Of a DNA stretch of 64,000 nucleotides, positions 10,906-20,739 are shown one piece after another. The stretch is from an uncultured Gemmatimonadales bacterium (lineage in GTDB: Bacteria > Gemmatimonadota > Gemmatimonadetes > Longimicrobiales > RSA9), in the NCBI GenBank assembly GCA_963798845.1, contig CAWCUS010000006.1, positions 1,088,001-1,152,000 on the forward strand, in the 5' to 3' direction. Below the pieces are notes generated by a model that did no database searches, was not told the origin of the DNA, and was given only the letters and a program-made list of their open reading frames with translations. Position 1 is the stretch's first letter. Each line of letters begins with the position of its first letter. The position numbers and the translations under genes were made by a program.

Positions 10906-11982
10906 TCAGCGCCCGTCGCGCGTCGCCGATGCGCCCGCGGCGTGTCGATCCGCAGCGGGCGCGCCCGGCCAGACCTCCTCGATCCGAACCGTGCGGCCCT
11001 CCTGATCCGAGCGTTTTGCCGCCTGGAGCATGGCCACGTTCCAGATGTTGTCCTCTCCGCGCGTCTCGGCCAGGGCACCAGTCCTGACCGCGTCGTGCAG
11101 CGCGTCGAGCAGGGAGGTCGTTCCACCCTGGGGGTACTTCGCCTCGTCGCCGGACGGAACGGAGACCCGGCGCACGGGGCGGAAGAATCGCGAGCCGGCA
11201 GGCCGCCACGCCACGTATTTCCGATTCGTCCATAGGACGCCCTTCTCGCCTTCGATCCAGAGGGAGAAGGAGTAGCGGTGCGAGGTCATGGTGCCGAGGT
11301 ACTGCACCCGGACGCCCTCGAGGTCGATGAACGCCTCGCTCGCCGCACCGTGCCCGTAGTCGCTCCACGGCGGGTTCCATGCGTGGGCCGTCAGGCTCAC
11401 CGGGCGCCGGCCCAGGATTGCGCGCAGGCTGTCGAAGTGGTGGACGGCGATCTCCTGAAGCTGCGGGTACTCGATGGAGGCGAGCCACGGGCCTTCAGTG
11501 TGGCTGGGCATGCGCCGTCGATCGATCAGCGTGGCGGAGTCGACGTCCCCGATCCGACCTTCCAGGACCATCTTCCGGACCGTCCGCTCCGACGGCCAGT
11601 AGCGGTAGTTCTCCGCGACGATCACGGGCTTGCCGGTGCTGCGGGACGTCTCGAGCACGCGCTCGGCGTCTTCGATGGAGGTGGCGAGCGGCTTCTCCAC
11701 CAGGACGGCGAGTCCGGCTTCCAGCGCCTGACAGCTGTGCTCGGCGTGCAGCCTGGAAGGGCTCGCGATCAGGACCGCGTCGGCCCCGGCTTCCGCCAGC
11801 GCCCTGCCCAGGTCCTCGTAGTACTCGCGCCCGTCCGCGGGAAAGCGCTCGCGCATCGCAGCGAGGGCGTCGGGCCGGGAATCGACGAACCCGACGCAGG
11901 TCGTGTCCGGGTGGGCGTCGACGAAGCCGGCCCAGTGACCGCCACGGATGCCGACGCCGACCTGCAGGATTCGGATGCTCAC
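10906..11982 (-). CDS. Gfo/Idh/MocA family NAD(P)-dependent oxidoreductase
   Basis: QVGVGIRG, VLVEKPLA, ENYRY, IAVHHFD; GTG start overlaps upstream stop (GTGA). Confidence 0.88.
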   Translation of the reverse strand: MSIRILQVGVGIRGGHWAGFVDAHPDTTCVGFVDSRPDALAAMRERFPADGREYYEDLGRALAEAGADAVLIASPSRLHAEHSCQALEAGLAVLVEKPLATSIEDAERVLETSRSTGKPVIVAENYRYWPSERTVRKMVLEGRIGDVDSATLIDRRRMPSHTEGPWLASIEYPQLQEIAVHHFDSLRAILGRRPVSLTAHAWNPPWSDYGHGAASEAFIDLEGVRVQYLGTMTSHRYSFSLWIEGEKGVLWTNRKYVAWRPAGSRFFRPVRRVSVPSGDEAKYPQGGTTSLLDALHDAVRTGALAETRGEDNIWNVAMLQAAKRSDQEGRTVRIEEVWPGAPAADRHAAGASATRDGR

Positions 11983-13616
11983 TGCGTCTGCTCCTCTCTC
12001 ACGGACGCCACCGGGGGCTCCACCAGGGACCGGCCCTCCATGTAGGCGGGGCGCTCCACGCCGAACAGTGCGAGAACGGTCGGCGCGAGATCGCGGGCGT
12101 GGGCGTCGCCGGTGAGCGACGCTTCGCCGATTCCGGGTCCCCGCGCGATCAGGAACCCCGGCGGCACGTGGGTCCCGGTCCGACCATCCGGGCTTTCGCC
12201 CGAAACACTGCCGATCCGGTCCGACGAAAGCGCGCGGATGGGCGCGTCGGCCGCCCACTGCACCACGAGGTCGGGCAGGTAGTCACGGCGCGGACCGTCG
12301 AGGTCGCGATCCGTCCGGATCACCTCGCGGACCGCGGCCTTTCCGGTGGCGGGATTGACGAGCTCGAGCAGCGCGACGGTCAGCTCTTCACAGAGCTGAT
12401 CGTACTCCCGGCCCGGCTCCACGATCCCCTGCGGCTCGCGGCCCCGCAGGTTGACGCGGACGAGCCCTTCGAGGTCGGTGGGCAGCGTGAACGCGCGCGT
12501 GCGGCTCCAGTCGATCCCTGCCGTGTCCACCCGCCGGGCCAGCGCATCGCGCAGGCGAGTGGGGAGTCGTCGGGCGAGCGCCTTGCGGAAGTCCTTGGGC
12601 AGGAGGTCCCGTAGCGCCTTCACCGGATCGAACCCGGGCCGGCCACTGGCATCCTCGCCGCGCTGGCTGCCCGCAACGTCGCCCGGCTGGCTGCGCGCGT
12701 CTTCCCCCGACCCTTCCGCCGCGGGTCCCGCGTCCCCCGCGGACTGCGGCTCGGCCAGCAGACCGAGCCGGCGCAGCACGTCCGGAAGGAGGTGCCATCC
12801 GGATCGATTGGGCCCGACACCATCGCCGGAGACGACGAATACCGTGGCGTCCGGCGGGAGCGCCGCGACGATGCGCCCGATCCCCTCGTCGATCGCCCTG
12901 TAGAGAGCCAGAAGCGCGGACAGGTCGGAGCGATCGGTGGCGCCGTCGGGTGAGGGCCACCAGCAGTAGTGGGATCCCGCGTGCGTCTCGCCGTAGACGG
13001 TCACCAGGCAGTCCCAGTGGTCACGCCCCATCAACGCCAGCGTGGCCTCCGTTTTCGCGCGCGCGCCCGCTACCAGGCGAGGCCCCAGATCATCCGGGTC
13101 GAGGCCGACCAGGCCGAGGTCGTGCGCTTCCAGCCCCACAGGGTAGCTGCCCACGCCGCGCCGGAGGTGCCCGAGCAGCGAGCGGGGCACCGCGTCCGTC
13201 TTCCAGTAATGCGCCCACGCGCCCCAGTCGATGACCTGGGCCACGTTCGGCCCGGCCTCCGGGTGCGTGTACGGGGCATCGATCACGGCGCACCGGACTC
13301 CCGCATCTCCGAGGAGACGCCAGAAGGTCGGTCGGCCATACTGTCCCGCGCCGAACCGACGATAGCCCTGCAGCCCGGGCGCTGGCTGGAACGTGTAATA
13401 GACGCCGTGCTGGGCCGGGCCGGTCCCGGTGTACAGCGTGGGCCAGGCGGAGACGTGGAGGGCTTCGGCCGTGGTGCCGAGCTCCACCATCGTGCCTTCC
13501 CGGATGAGGTCGGCGAAGTGCGGGAGCTCGCCGCGATCCGCCCACTGGCGGATCAGGGCGCCGTCTCCCAGGTCGAGGCCGATCACCAACACCTTCATGA
13601 GCTCAGGGGACGACAT
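11979..13616 (-). CDS. Alkaline-phosphatase-superfamily protein (type I phosphodiesterase-like)
   Basis: VLVIGLDLGD, SAWPTLYTG..HG, ETHAGSH, VSGDG, NLRGREPQGIV, GTH; alternative start 13598. Confidence 0.85.
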   Translation of the reverse strand: MSSPELMKVLVIGLDLGDGALIRQWADRGELPHFADLIREGTMVELGTTAEALHVSAWPTLYTGTGPAQHGVYYTFQPAPGLQGYRRFGAGQYGRPTFWRLLGDAGVRCAVIDAPYTHPEAGPNVAQVIDWGAWAHYWKTDAVPRSLLGHLRRGVGSYPVGLEAHDLGLVGLDPDDLGPRLVAGARAKTEATLALMGRDHWDCLVTVYGETHAGSHYCWWPSPDGATDRSDLSALLALYRAIDEGIGRIVAALPPDATVFVVSGDGVGPNRSGWHLLPDVLRRLGLLAEPQSAGDAGPAAEGSGEDARSQPGDVAGSQRGEDASGRPGFDPVKALRDLLPKDFRKALARRLPTRLRDALARRVDTAGIDWSRTRAFTLPTDLEGLVRVNLRGREPQGIVEPGREYDQLCEELTVALLELVNPATGKAAVREVIRTDRDLDGPRRDYLPDLVVQWAADAPIRALSSDRIGSVSGESPDGRTGTHVPPGFLIARGPGIGEASLTGDAHARDLAPTVLALFGVERPAYMEGRSLVEPPVASVREEQTQ

Positions 13617-14907
13617 GGTCAGCTGTCCGGGCCGTGCTGGATCGTTGATCGTCCGGCCCCCGTGCGGGGGCGCGGCTGCCGACGGGCTCGGCATCCCTGA
13701 GCGTACTCGGCATCTGGTCCAGACACAACTGCTGGAACATGCGGCCGATTTCGCTCCATGACTTCAGGTCCGCCGCCGCAGCGGCGGCACCCATCCGGCG
13801 AAGGTCGGCCGACGGGAGCCGTCGACGCAGAAGGCGATCCCAGCTGTCCACGTCGTTGTCGAGCAGGAATCCCGTCACCCCGTCCTGCACGAGACGGGTC
13901 AGCGTCCCGCTGCCCACTGTGGCGACCGGCCGTCCGGCGCTCATGTACTCCCGCACCTTCAATGTCGAGTAGCCGACCGTTCCACCGGAGAACATGGCCG
14001 GGTCGTACGGGGCCGCGCACAGGTCGGCGGCCGTGACGTAGGCCGGGACTTCCGTGTGTGGAACGCGGCCGTGGAAGAACACCGCGCCCGGCCGTCCGGA
14101 CGCCAGGTCTCCGTATTCCGCCCGGCGCGGCCCGTCGCCGAGCACGTGCAGCTGGAGGCTCGGATTCTCGACTCGCACCAGCGCGCGCAGAAGGGGCGCG
14201 AGGTCGTGGGTCTGGTCCAGGATCCCGACGTAGAGCAGCACCATCGCATCGGCATGGATTCCCAGGCGGGCTCTCGCCTCAGCCGGATCGCCCGGTCTGA
14301 AGAGGTCCCGGTCCACGCCCATTCCGATCACCTGGATCCGGGACGGGTCGAGCCCCCATCGCGCCACCATCCCGGCCTTCAGCACGTCGGTCTCCGCCAC
14401 GATGCACGGGGCCCGCCGGAGGAACATGCCTTCGATCGTGGCCGCAACGCCGCGACGCCGGCGCGTCCCCCGATTCCTGGGACCGGCCCGATAGCCGCCG
14501 AGCCAGTTCTTGACCGGGATCGCGGCCAGCCCCCGCTTCCTCCACTCGCGGGCGGCGAACCCGGTCAGCATCCAGTCCTTTTCCAGCACCACGTCCACGA
14601 CGCCAGCCCGTTCCGCACAGAAGCGCTGGATGCTCCGCAGGTAGCGTACGAACTCGACGTAGCCCATGCCCGTCGTCCCCACGTCGCCGGCGGGCGGCGG
14701 AGCGTCCGGCGAAGCGGGCGCGATCTCGAGGACGGGCGGATGGTCCGGACCGGGACGTGACGCGACCTGTCGGAACGCGAGCGTGATGTCGGCCCACCCG
14801 CTCATAGCGCGCGCGAGCCCGAGCATGTTCCGTGTCGGACCCGCCGACGGCAGGAAGTCGTGGCCCGGGGCCATGTAGAGGAGGGATGGCCGCGTACGGC
14901 GGGTCAT
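13603..14907 (-). CDS. Glycosyltransferase family 4 (GT-B)
   Basis: MGVDRDLF, LGDGPRR, FHGRVPH, LKVREYMSAGRPV; ATGA overlap with upstream gene. Confidence 0.88.
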   Translation of the reverse strand: MTRRTRPSLLYMAPGHDFLPSAGPTRNMLGLARAMSGWADITLAFRQVASRPGPDHPPVLEIAPASPDAPPPAGDVGTTGMGYVEFVRYLRSIQRFCAERAGVVDVVLEKDWMLTGFAAREWRKRGLAAIPVKNWLGGYRAGPRNRGTRRRRGVAATIEGMFLRRAPCIVAETDVLKAGMVARWGLDPSRIQVIGMGVDRDLFRPGDPAEARARLGIHADAMVLLYVGILDQTHDLAPLLRALVRVENPSLQLHVLGDGPRRAEYGDLASGRPGAVFFHGRVPHTEVPAYVTAADLCAAPYDPAMFSGGTVGYSTLKVREYMSAGRPVATVGSGTLTRLVQDGVTGFLLDNDVDSWDRLLRRRLPSADLRRMGAAAAAADLKSWSEIGRMFQQLCLDQMPSTLRDAEPVGSRAPARGPDDQRSSTARTADHVVP

Positions 14908-16247
14908 GCGCTTCCCCGCAGCCGCTGGTGACGCCCGTTCGGCCGGCCGGGGCGCGTGCCGCGCTCCGGGTCGGCATGGTCGCCGGTGTCCGTGTCGCCG
15001 CGCGCGAGCACACCCCGGAGGACGGATTCGACGGCCCCCGCCAGGGCGTCCCACGAGTGATGCGCCTCGACGTGGCGCCGCGCACTGTCCCCGATTTCCC
15101 GCGCGAGCTCCGGGCTCTCCAGCATCCGGAGGATGCCCCGGGCGAAGTCGGCGATGTCGCCGCTCTCGGCCAGCCACCCGTTCCGGCCGTGCTCCACGCC
15201 GGGAGCGGAGCCACGGAACGAGACCACCGGTTTCCCCGCGGCCATGTAGTTCAGCAGCTTGAGCGGGATCCCGGAGCAGTCCGGCCGGGGATTGACCGCC
15301 ACGTCGGCCTCGGCGAGCGCCGCAGGCACCCGATCGAAGCCGGCCACCACGACATCGATGGCGTCGGCCACACCGAGCGCCCCAGCGCGGGCCGCGTACG
15401 GCTCGAAGGAGGATTCGGTGACGATGACGAGCCGGGCGTCCGGGCGCGCCCGGAGAACTTCACGGAACGCCGCCAGGAGGAGGTCGATGCCCTGGTAGGC
15501 GGCGAGGTTCCCGGTGAACACCACCGTCGGACGGTGGCTCTCCCGCGGCCGCGAGCCGGCCGCCTGGAACAGCTCCAGCTCCACCCCGTCCGAGATCGTC
15601 GTCACTTCCGCGTCCACCAGGGATGTGCGCGCAAGCAGGTGGTCCCGGATCGTGTCGGACACCGCGATGACGTGATCGGCTCGCGGAGGCAGCCACCGGT
15701 CCATGAACGCGCCGAGGCCCCGTTTGGCCCGACGGGGCACGTACCGGCCGTACGTGGGCAGCTCCGTTTCCAGCAGCGTGTGGGCGTCGTATACGAGAGG
15801 GGGCCACCGCCCCGACCGCGCGGCGAGCCCGACCAGGAGTCCCTCGTAATGGTGCGCGTGTACCACGTCGATGTCATGCTGGCGAAGCAGCCGCCGCAGC
15901 GTGGTCATGAGAACCGGATCCAGGCGGAGCAGCTTCATTGCCGAAGGACCGGGCCCGGAGGATGAGGGGCCCAACGCCCGTCCTGCGCGGTGCACGCGAA
16001 GCCCTTCGGCCACCGCGCCCGATCCGCCGTACGTGACGACGTGAACCTCGTGACCGCGCTGGAGCAGGCCCTCGGCCAGCCTCTGGATTCGGACGGGCGT
16101 GCCGCGGCGCTCGGGGAAGGGACACGCCGCCACCACCGCCACCCGGAGAGGGGCGTCCGGACGACGCGCCCCGCGGCCGCTCTCCACAGCGGGGCCGAGG
16201 GAGCCGTTCGGCATCCATCTTCGCCCGGAGCCGCCCGGCCGGCTCAT
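14904..16247 (-). CDS. Glycosyltransferase family 4 (GT-B)
   Basis: ACPFP..RGTP, DVVHAHHYE, FTGNLAAYQGID, PLKLLNYMAAGKPVV; ATGA overlap. Confidence 0.88.
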   Translation of the reverse strand: MSRPGGSGRRWMPNGSLGPAVESGRGARRPDAPLRVAVVAACPFPERRGTPVRIQRLAEGLLQRGHEVHVVTYGGSGAVAEGLRVHRAGRALGPSSSGPGPSAMKLLRLDPVLMTTLRRLLRQHDIDVVHAHHYEGLLVGLAARSGRWPPLVYDAHTLLETELPTYGRYVPRRAKRGLGAFMDRWLPPRADHVIAVSDTIRDHLLARTSLVDAEVTTISDGVELELFQAAGSRPRESHRPTVVFTGNLAAYQGIDLLLAAFREVLRARPDARLVIVTESSFEPYAARAGALGVADAIDVVVAGFDRVPAALAEADVAVNPRPDCSGIPLKLLNYMAAGKPVVSFRGSAPGVEHGRNGWLAESGDIADFARGILRMLESPELAREIGDSARRHVEAHHSWDALAGAVESVLRGVLARGDTDTGDHADPERGTRPGRPNGRHQRLRGSA

Positions 16248-17311
16248 GCCCACCCGCGGACGAGACCCCAGTACCCCCCGGCAACCAGGTCGAGGAGGCG
16301 CCGGACGCCGCGCTCCAGCGGCGAGGTCGTGGCCTCCGGTCGCAGCGGCACCGGTCCACCGGACAGCAGCGCACCGTCCCTCCGCGTCCGTGCGCGCTGG
16401 AACTGCCTTCGCTTCCGGTGGATCCTGGGCAGATTGACCACCACCCAGCGAGCGGCCGCCACCCACTCGCGCAGCCATCCCTTCTTGATCACGCCGGCCA
16501 GCTGGATGGCCTCGTAGAGCGCCAGCATGGGCGAGAGCAGCACCAGCGTGCGAACGGAGTAGTTCTTCAGGATGAAGAGCCAGCGGTTCCTGATGACGAA
16601 GAAGACACGCCGGCGCGAATACGAGCCCAGCGCCCGGATGGACAGACCCGGCGTGCCCGACCCGTGGTGGCAGCACGCGGCGGGTACGGCCAGGACATCG
16701 CGCCCCAGGGCCCGCATGCGATAGCCGAAGTCGTGATCCTCGAAGTAGATGAAGAAGTCCTCATCGAACAGGGCGGCATCGCTGCCGAGCGGCAGTCGCG
16801 ATCGGTCCACCAGGATGCACGCGCTGATGATCGAGTTCAGCTGGCGCACCTCGACGGGCGCTTCACCGTAGCGCGCGTCCGGATGCTCCAGCACCTGCTG
16901 CCCCAGATAGTGCGCCTGTGCGCCATCGTACTGGATCGTCGCCGGATCGCCGCCGTAGAGGATCGTCGGCATGGCGGTGACGGCGTCGGGATGGCATCGA
17001 AGCGCTCCCATCATCTCTTCCACCGCCCCGGGCGTCAGGCTCACATCGTTGTCGACCAGGAGGACCAGGTCCGTCTCCGACTGCGCAAGCGCGGCATTGC
17101 GCGCCGCGGCCGCACCCAGATTGGCCGGCATCGACACCCAGCGCACGTGCGGGAAGCACCGCTCCACCAGCGCGCGGCTTCCATCGGTGGAGCCGTTGTC
17201 CACTACCACGATCTCGGCCACCCGCGAAGCGATGCGCTGGACCGCTCCGAGCGACTCCTCCAGGAACGACTCGCCGTTGTAGTTGATCACGCACACCGTA
17301 GGCGCGGTCAT
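16244..17311 (-). CDS. Glycosyltransferase family 2
   Basis: VINYNG, VVDNGSTDGS, NLGAAAARN, LVDND, FDEDFFIYFEDHD. Confidence 0.9.
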   Translation of the reverse strand: MTAPTVCVINYNGESFLEESLGAVQRIASRVAEIVVVDNGSTDGSRALVERCFPHVRWVSMPANLGAAAARNAALAQSETDLVLLVDNDVSLTPGAVEEMMGALRCHPDAVTAMPTILYGGDPATIQYDGAQAHYLGQQVLEHPDARYGEAPVEVRQLNSIISACILVDRSRLPLGSDAALFDEDFFIYFEDHDFGYRMRALGRDVLAVPAACCHHGSGTPGLSIRALGSYSRRRVFFVIRNRWLFILKNYSVRTLVLLSPMLALYEAIQLAGVIKKGWLREWVAAARWVVVNLPRIHRKRRQFQRARTRRDGALLSGGPVPLRPEATTSPLERGVRRLLDLVAGGYWGLVRGWA

Positions 17312-17376
17312 GGTCGCCTCCGCGGGCAGCGCCGGGCCGCCTCCGGCCGAACGCGACGAGCCCCGCGCTTTGCCGA

Positions 17377-17811
17377 CTACCAGGGCGACCTCACCCGCAG
17401 GACCGACAGCCCGATCACCAGCGCCGCCGCCATCATGTTCACGTAGATCAGCCGGGGCGCGGGCTTGTGGCCCACGAACCACTGGTAGCCGACCATACCC
17501 GCGACAATCGTGATCTTCAGCGCCATGACCCGGCCGATCGGCTCGGTCATGAACTCCCCGGAAACCACGTGATGGACCGTGATCCCGTTGGCCGCGATCA
17601 TCGCGACGCCGGTGACGATCAGCACGAACAGGGATGGCCAGCCGAATCCGCCCCATCGGGTCCCGATGTCCCGGATCAGCTGCCGCTTCTCCGGCGGCTC
17701 GATCGTCTTGGTCGCGAACCCGGCGACCAGCGACCAGAAGAACATGTGCCCGAACCAGATCAGCGCGGCGGACACGTGCAGAATGACGAGAAGCAGGTAC
17801 CAGTCGGTCAT
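17377..17811 (-). CDS. Small 4-TM membrane protein, CopD-like
   Basis: LHVSAALIWFGHMFF first helix, LIVTG, MALK; ATGA overlap with paralogue. Confidence 0.65.
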   Translation of the reverse strand: MTDWYLLLVILHVSAALIWFGHMFFWSLVAGFATKTIEPPEKRQLIRDIGTRWGGFGWPSLFVLIVTGVAMIAANGITVHHVVSGEFMTEPIGRVMALKITIVAGMVGYQWFVGHKPAPRLIYVNMMAAALVIGLSVLRVRSPW

Positions 17812-18278
17812 GGCGTGGCCACCCGTGCGAGGATGGCGGACAGCACGATCAACCCGAACGCCGCGGCGCTCGTCGCGTACACGGCCGCGCGATTCGGCCG
17901 CCGCGCCAGCCGGACCTGCAGCGCGATCACCACGGCGACCACCGCCAGCTTGAGGACGAGGACCCGCCCGAACACGGTCCGGATGATGTCCCCGGACACG
18001 ACATCCGCGCCGGTCACCCCGCGGCTCACCGCCATTATGGTCCCCGTCAGCGCAAGGAGCAGGAGCAGCCCCCACGCGACCTGCGGAAAAGTCAGGCGGA
18101 ACGGAGCCGGAATCGCCCGCGGCGGCCATTCCGAACGCGTCACCAGCCCCAGGATGTCCGCGGCCACCGGGGCTCCGAATCGCCGCTCCACGGGCGGCGT
18201 GAGGATCAGCCAGAACAGCACGTAGCCGATCCAGACGATCGCGCACATGATGTGCACGTACACGGTCAGCAGTATCAT
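17808..18278 (-). CDS. Small 4-TM membrane protein, CopD-like (paralogue)
   Basis: VHIMCAIVWIG, LALTG, FGRVLVLKL; same layout as neighbour. Confidence 0.65.
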   Translation of the reverse strand: MILLTVYVHIMCAIVWIGYVLFWLILTPPVERRFGAPVAADILGLVTRSEWPPRAIPAPFRLTFPQVAWGLLLLLALTGTIMAVSRGVTGADVVSGDIIRTVFGRVLVLKLAVVAVVIALQVRLARRPNRAAVYATSAAAFGLIVLSAILARVATP

Positions 18279-18323
18279 GTCACCGGCGTAGAACCAACGC
18301 TCGGCGGGGCGTCGTCGCCCCGC

Positions 18324-18482
18324 TCAGAAGATCGTGTAGATGAAGGGTGCGAGCGCCGACGTGTGTGCGAACACCAGCAACGCGCCCACGAGGAAAAGTA
18401 CCACGATCAAAGGCGTTAGCCACCACTTCTTCCGCACGTGCATGTAATCCCAGAGCTCGAGCACGAGACTGCGTCGGGCCAT
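18324..18482 (-). CDS. 52-aa DUF5989/SxtK-like membrane peptide (not in ORF track)
   Basis: Manual translation MARRSLVLELWDYMHVRKKWWLTPLIVVLFLVGALLVFAHTSALAPFIYTIF; RKKWWL..APFIYTxF signature; GAGGAG RBS. Confidence 0.9.
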   Translation of the reverse strand: MARRSLVLELWDYMHVRKKWWLTPLIVVLFLVGALLVFAHTSALAPFIYTIF

Positions 18483-18537
18483 GAATCTCCTCTCTCTCCA
18501 CATTCAGGGCGGAAGCGTCGCTGCCGCCTCTCCACTT

Positions 18538-18936
18538 TCAGAACTGCCGCTCCAGATCGCCGCGAGGCCGCTCCCGCGGGACCCAGTGTCCGTCCCCTAC
18601 CCGGGGATGGACCAGCGAGTTCTTGCCCAGCATCCGCCGCACCAGCCCCATGGGCGTGATCACCACGTAGTAGACCGCTCCCATGAAGATCGGGGTGGTC
18701 ACCTTCGAGATCGCGTGCGCCAGCCCCATCCAGGCGTCCCGGACGGGCCCCAGGTGCGCAGGCAGCAGCAGTGCCCCCGCCAGGAGCAGGAAGGCCAGTG
18801 AGCCGAGGACGGCCGTGCTGATCGGGTGCCCTCGCCAGAAAGCGATGGCGGCGAGCACCAGGAAGGCTCCGCCGACCGTGAAGCCGAACTTCCGTCCCTC
18901 CGCGGACGTCAATCCAGTGGCACCTGTTCTCGCCAA
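18538..18936 (-). CDS. SxtJ-family membrane protein
   Basis: RKFGFTVG, WMGLAHAI..TPI..YYVVITPMG, ends ERQF; TTG start with GAGGAGG RBS inside the upstream gene end. Confidence 0.85.
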   Translation of the reverse strand: MARTGATGLTSAEGRKFGFTVGGAFLVLAAIAFWRGHPISTAVLGSLAFLLLAGALLLPAHLGPVRDAWMGLAHAISKVTTPIFMGAVYYVVITPMGLVRRMLGKNSLVHPRVGDGHWVPRERPRGDLERQF

Positions 18937-20739
18937 TCTACCTCCTCGTGCCACTCCGGCTGGTCCTTCTTGTCCAGAAGGAACGGCCAGAGCACCAGAA
19001 TGGTCCATGTTGGTGCGCATGAAGCAACGATACGCATCGGCCGGGGTGCAGACGATCGGCTCTCCGCGCACGTTGAACGAGGTGTTCACCACGAGTCCGC
19101 ACCCGGTTCGCCGGTCGAACGCCGAGATCAGAGCGTGGTACTCCGGATTGTCCTCGGCGCTCACGGTCTGGATGCGCGCCGAATAGTCGACGTGGGTCAC
19201 GGCCGGAATCTCGGACCGCTTGACGTTCAGCAGGTCCAGTCCCCACAGCGACTTCTGATCGTCGGCCAGCGCATGCCGCTGCGATGGCTGCACCGGCGCG
19301 ACCAGCAGCATGTACGGCGACTCCACGTCCAGCTCGAAATAGTCCGACGCCCGCTCGCGCAGCACGCTGGGCGCGAAGGGCCGGAAGCTCTCCCGGAACT
19401 TGATCTTCAGGTTCATCTGGGCCTGCATCTTCGGGTCCCGGGGGTCGCCGATGATGCTCCGGGATCCCAGCGCCCGCGGACCGAACTCCATGCGACCTCG
19501 GAACCAGCCCACAACGTTGCCGCCCGCGAGCAGGTCCGCCGCGGTCTCGATCAGGTCGCCCGGCTCGAGCCGAGTGTAAGGGGCGCCAACGGAATCCAGA
19601 TAACCCTGGATCTCTTCCGGCGTGAACTCGGGCCCGAGATACGCCCCCTTCATCCCATCGCGGCAGCTCGGCGTGCGTTCATTCTTCAGGTGCCGGTGCC
19701 AGACGAGCTGCGCCACACCCAGCGCCCCGCCCGCATCCCCCGACGCCGGCTGGATCCACAGCCGCTCGAACGGACCCTCCCGCAGGATCCGGCCGTTCCC
19801 CACGCAGTTCAGCGCCACCCCGCCCGCGAGGCAGAGATCGGTCAGGCCCGTGGCGACGTGGGCGGTCCGCGCCATGCGGAGCATCACTTCCTCGCACACG
19901 TCCTGGACCGACCGCGCCAGGTCCATGTCCCGCTGCGTCAGCCCGGTCTCCGGCTTTCGCGGCGGCGCTCCGAACAGCCGGTCGAAGGCCGCATTCGTCA
20001 TCGTCAGGCCCGTCAAATACCCGAAGTACTCCTGGTTCAGCGTGAACGAGCCGTCCTCCTGCAGATCGATGAGCTCCGTCAGGATCGTCTGCACGTACTT
20101 CGGCTCTCCGTACGGCGCCAGCCCCATCACCTTGTACTCCCCGGAGTTCACCTTGAAGCCGAGATAGTAGGTGAAGGCCGAGTACAGGAGTCCGAGCGAG
20201 TCCGGCCAGTGCAGCTCCCGCAGCAGCTCGATGTCGTTCCCGCGCCCCACCCCGATCAATGCCGTCGCCCACTCCCCCACGCCGTCCATCGTCAGGATCG
20301 CCGCCTCCCTGAACGGCGACGGGAAGAACGCGCTCGCCGCGTGCGACTCGTGGTGCTCGGAGTAAAGCACCTCTCCCTCGAAGCCGAGCTCCGCCCGGAT
20401 CTGGCGGTCCATGAACAGCTTGTCCTTGATCCACAACGGACCTGCCATGAGGAACGAGCGGAGCCCGCGGGGAGCAACCCCCAGGTACGTCTCCAGGATG
20501 CGCTCGAATTTCAGCAGCGGCTTGTCGTAGAACCCCACGTAGTCGAGGTCGTCCACACCGATCCCGCCCTGCGCGAGGCAGTACTCGACCGCCCTGCTCG
20601 GGAACGACGCGTCGCCCTTCTTCCGGGTGAACCGCTCCTCCTGAGCGGCCGCCACCAGATCCCCGCCTCTCATGAGGCAGGCTGCGCTGTCGTGATAGTA
20701 GGCGGATATGCCCAGGATGTTCGGCTCGGAACGGCCCAT
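18909..20739 (-). CDS. O-carbamoyltransferase (NodU/CmcH/SxtI family); 1-bp insertion near 19000 fuses it to SxtJ in the ORF track
   Basis: ILGISAYYHDSAA, HHESHAASAF, DGVGE, GEYKVMGLAPYG, GGVALN, EFGPRALG, NTSFNVRGEPIV; removing one T gives HLVLWPFLLDKKDQPEWHEEVDWREQVPLD-stop. Confidence 0.92.

Noticed and set aside
18324..20739. Saxitoxin biosynthesis
   Set aside because: Only the I/J/K-like triad is present; no sxtA, sxtG or other core genes, and the context is glycosyltransferases.
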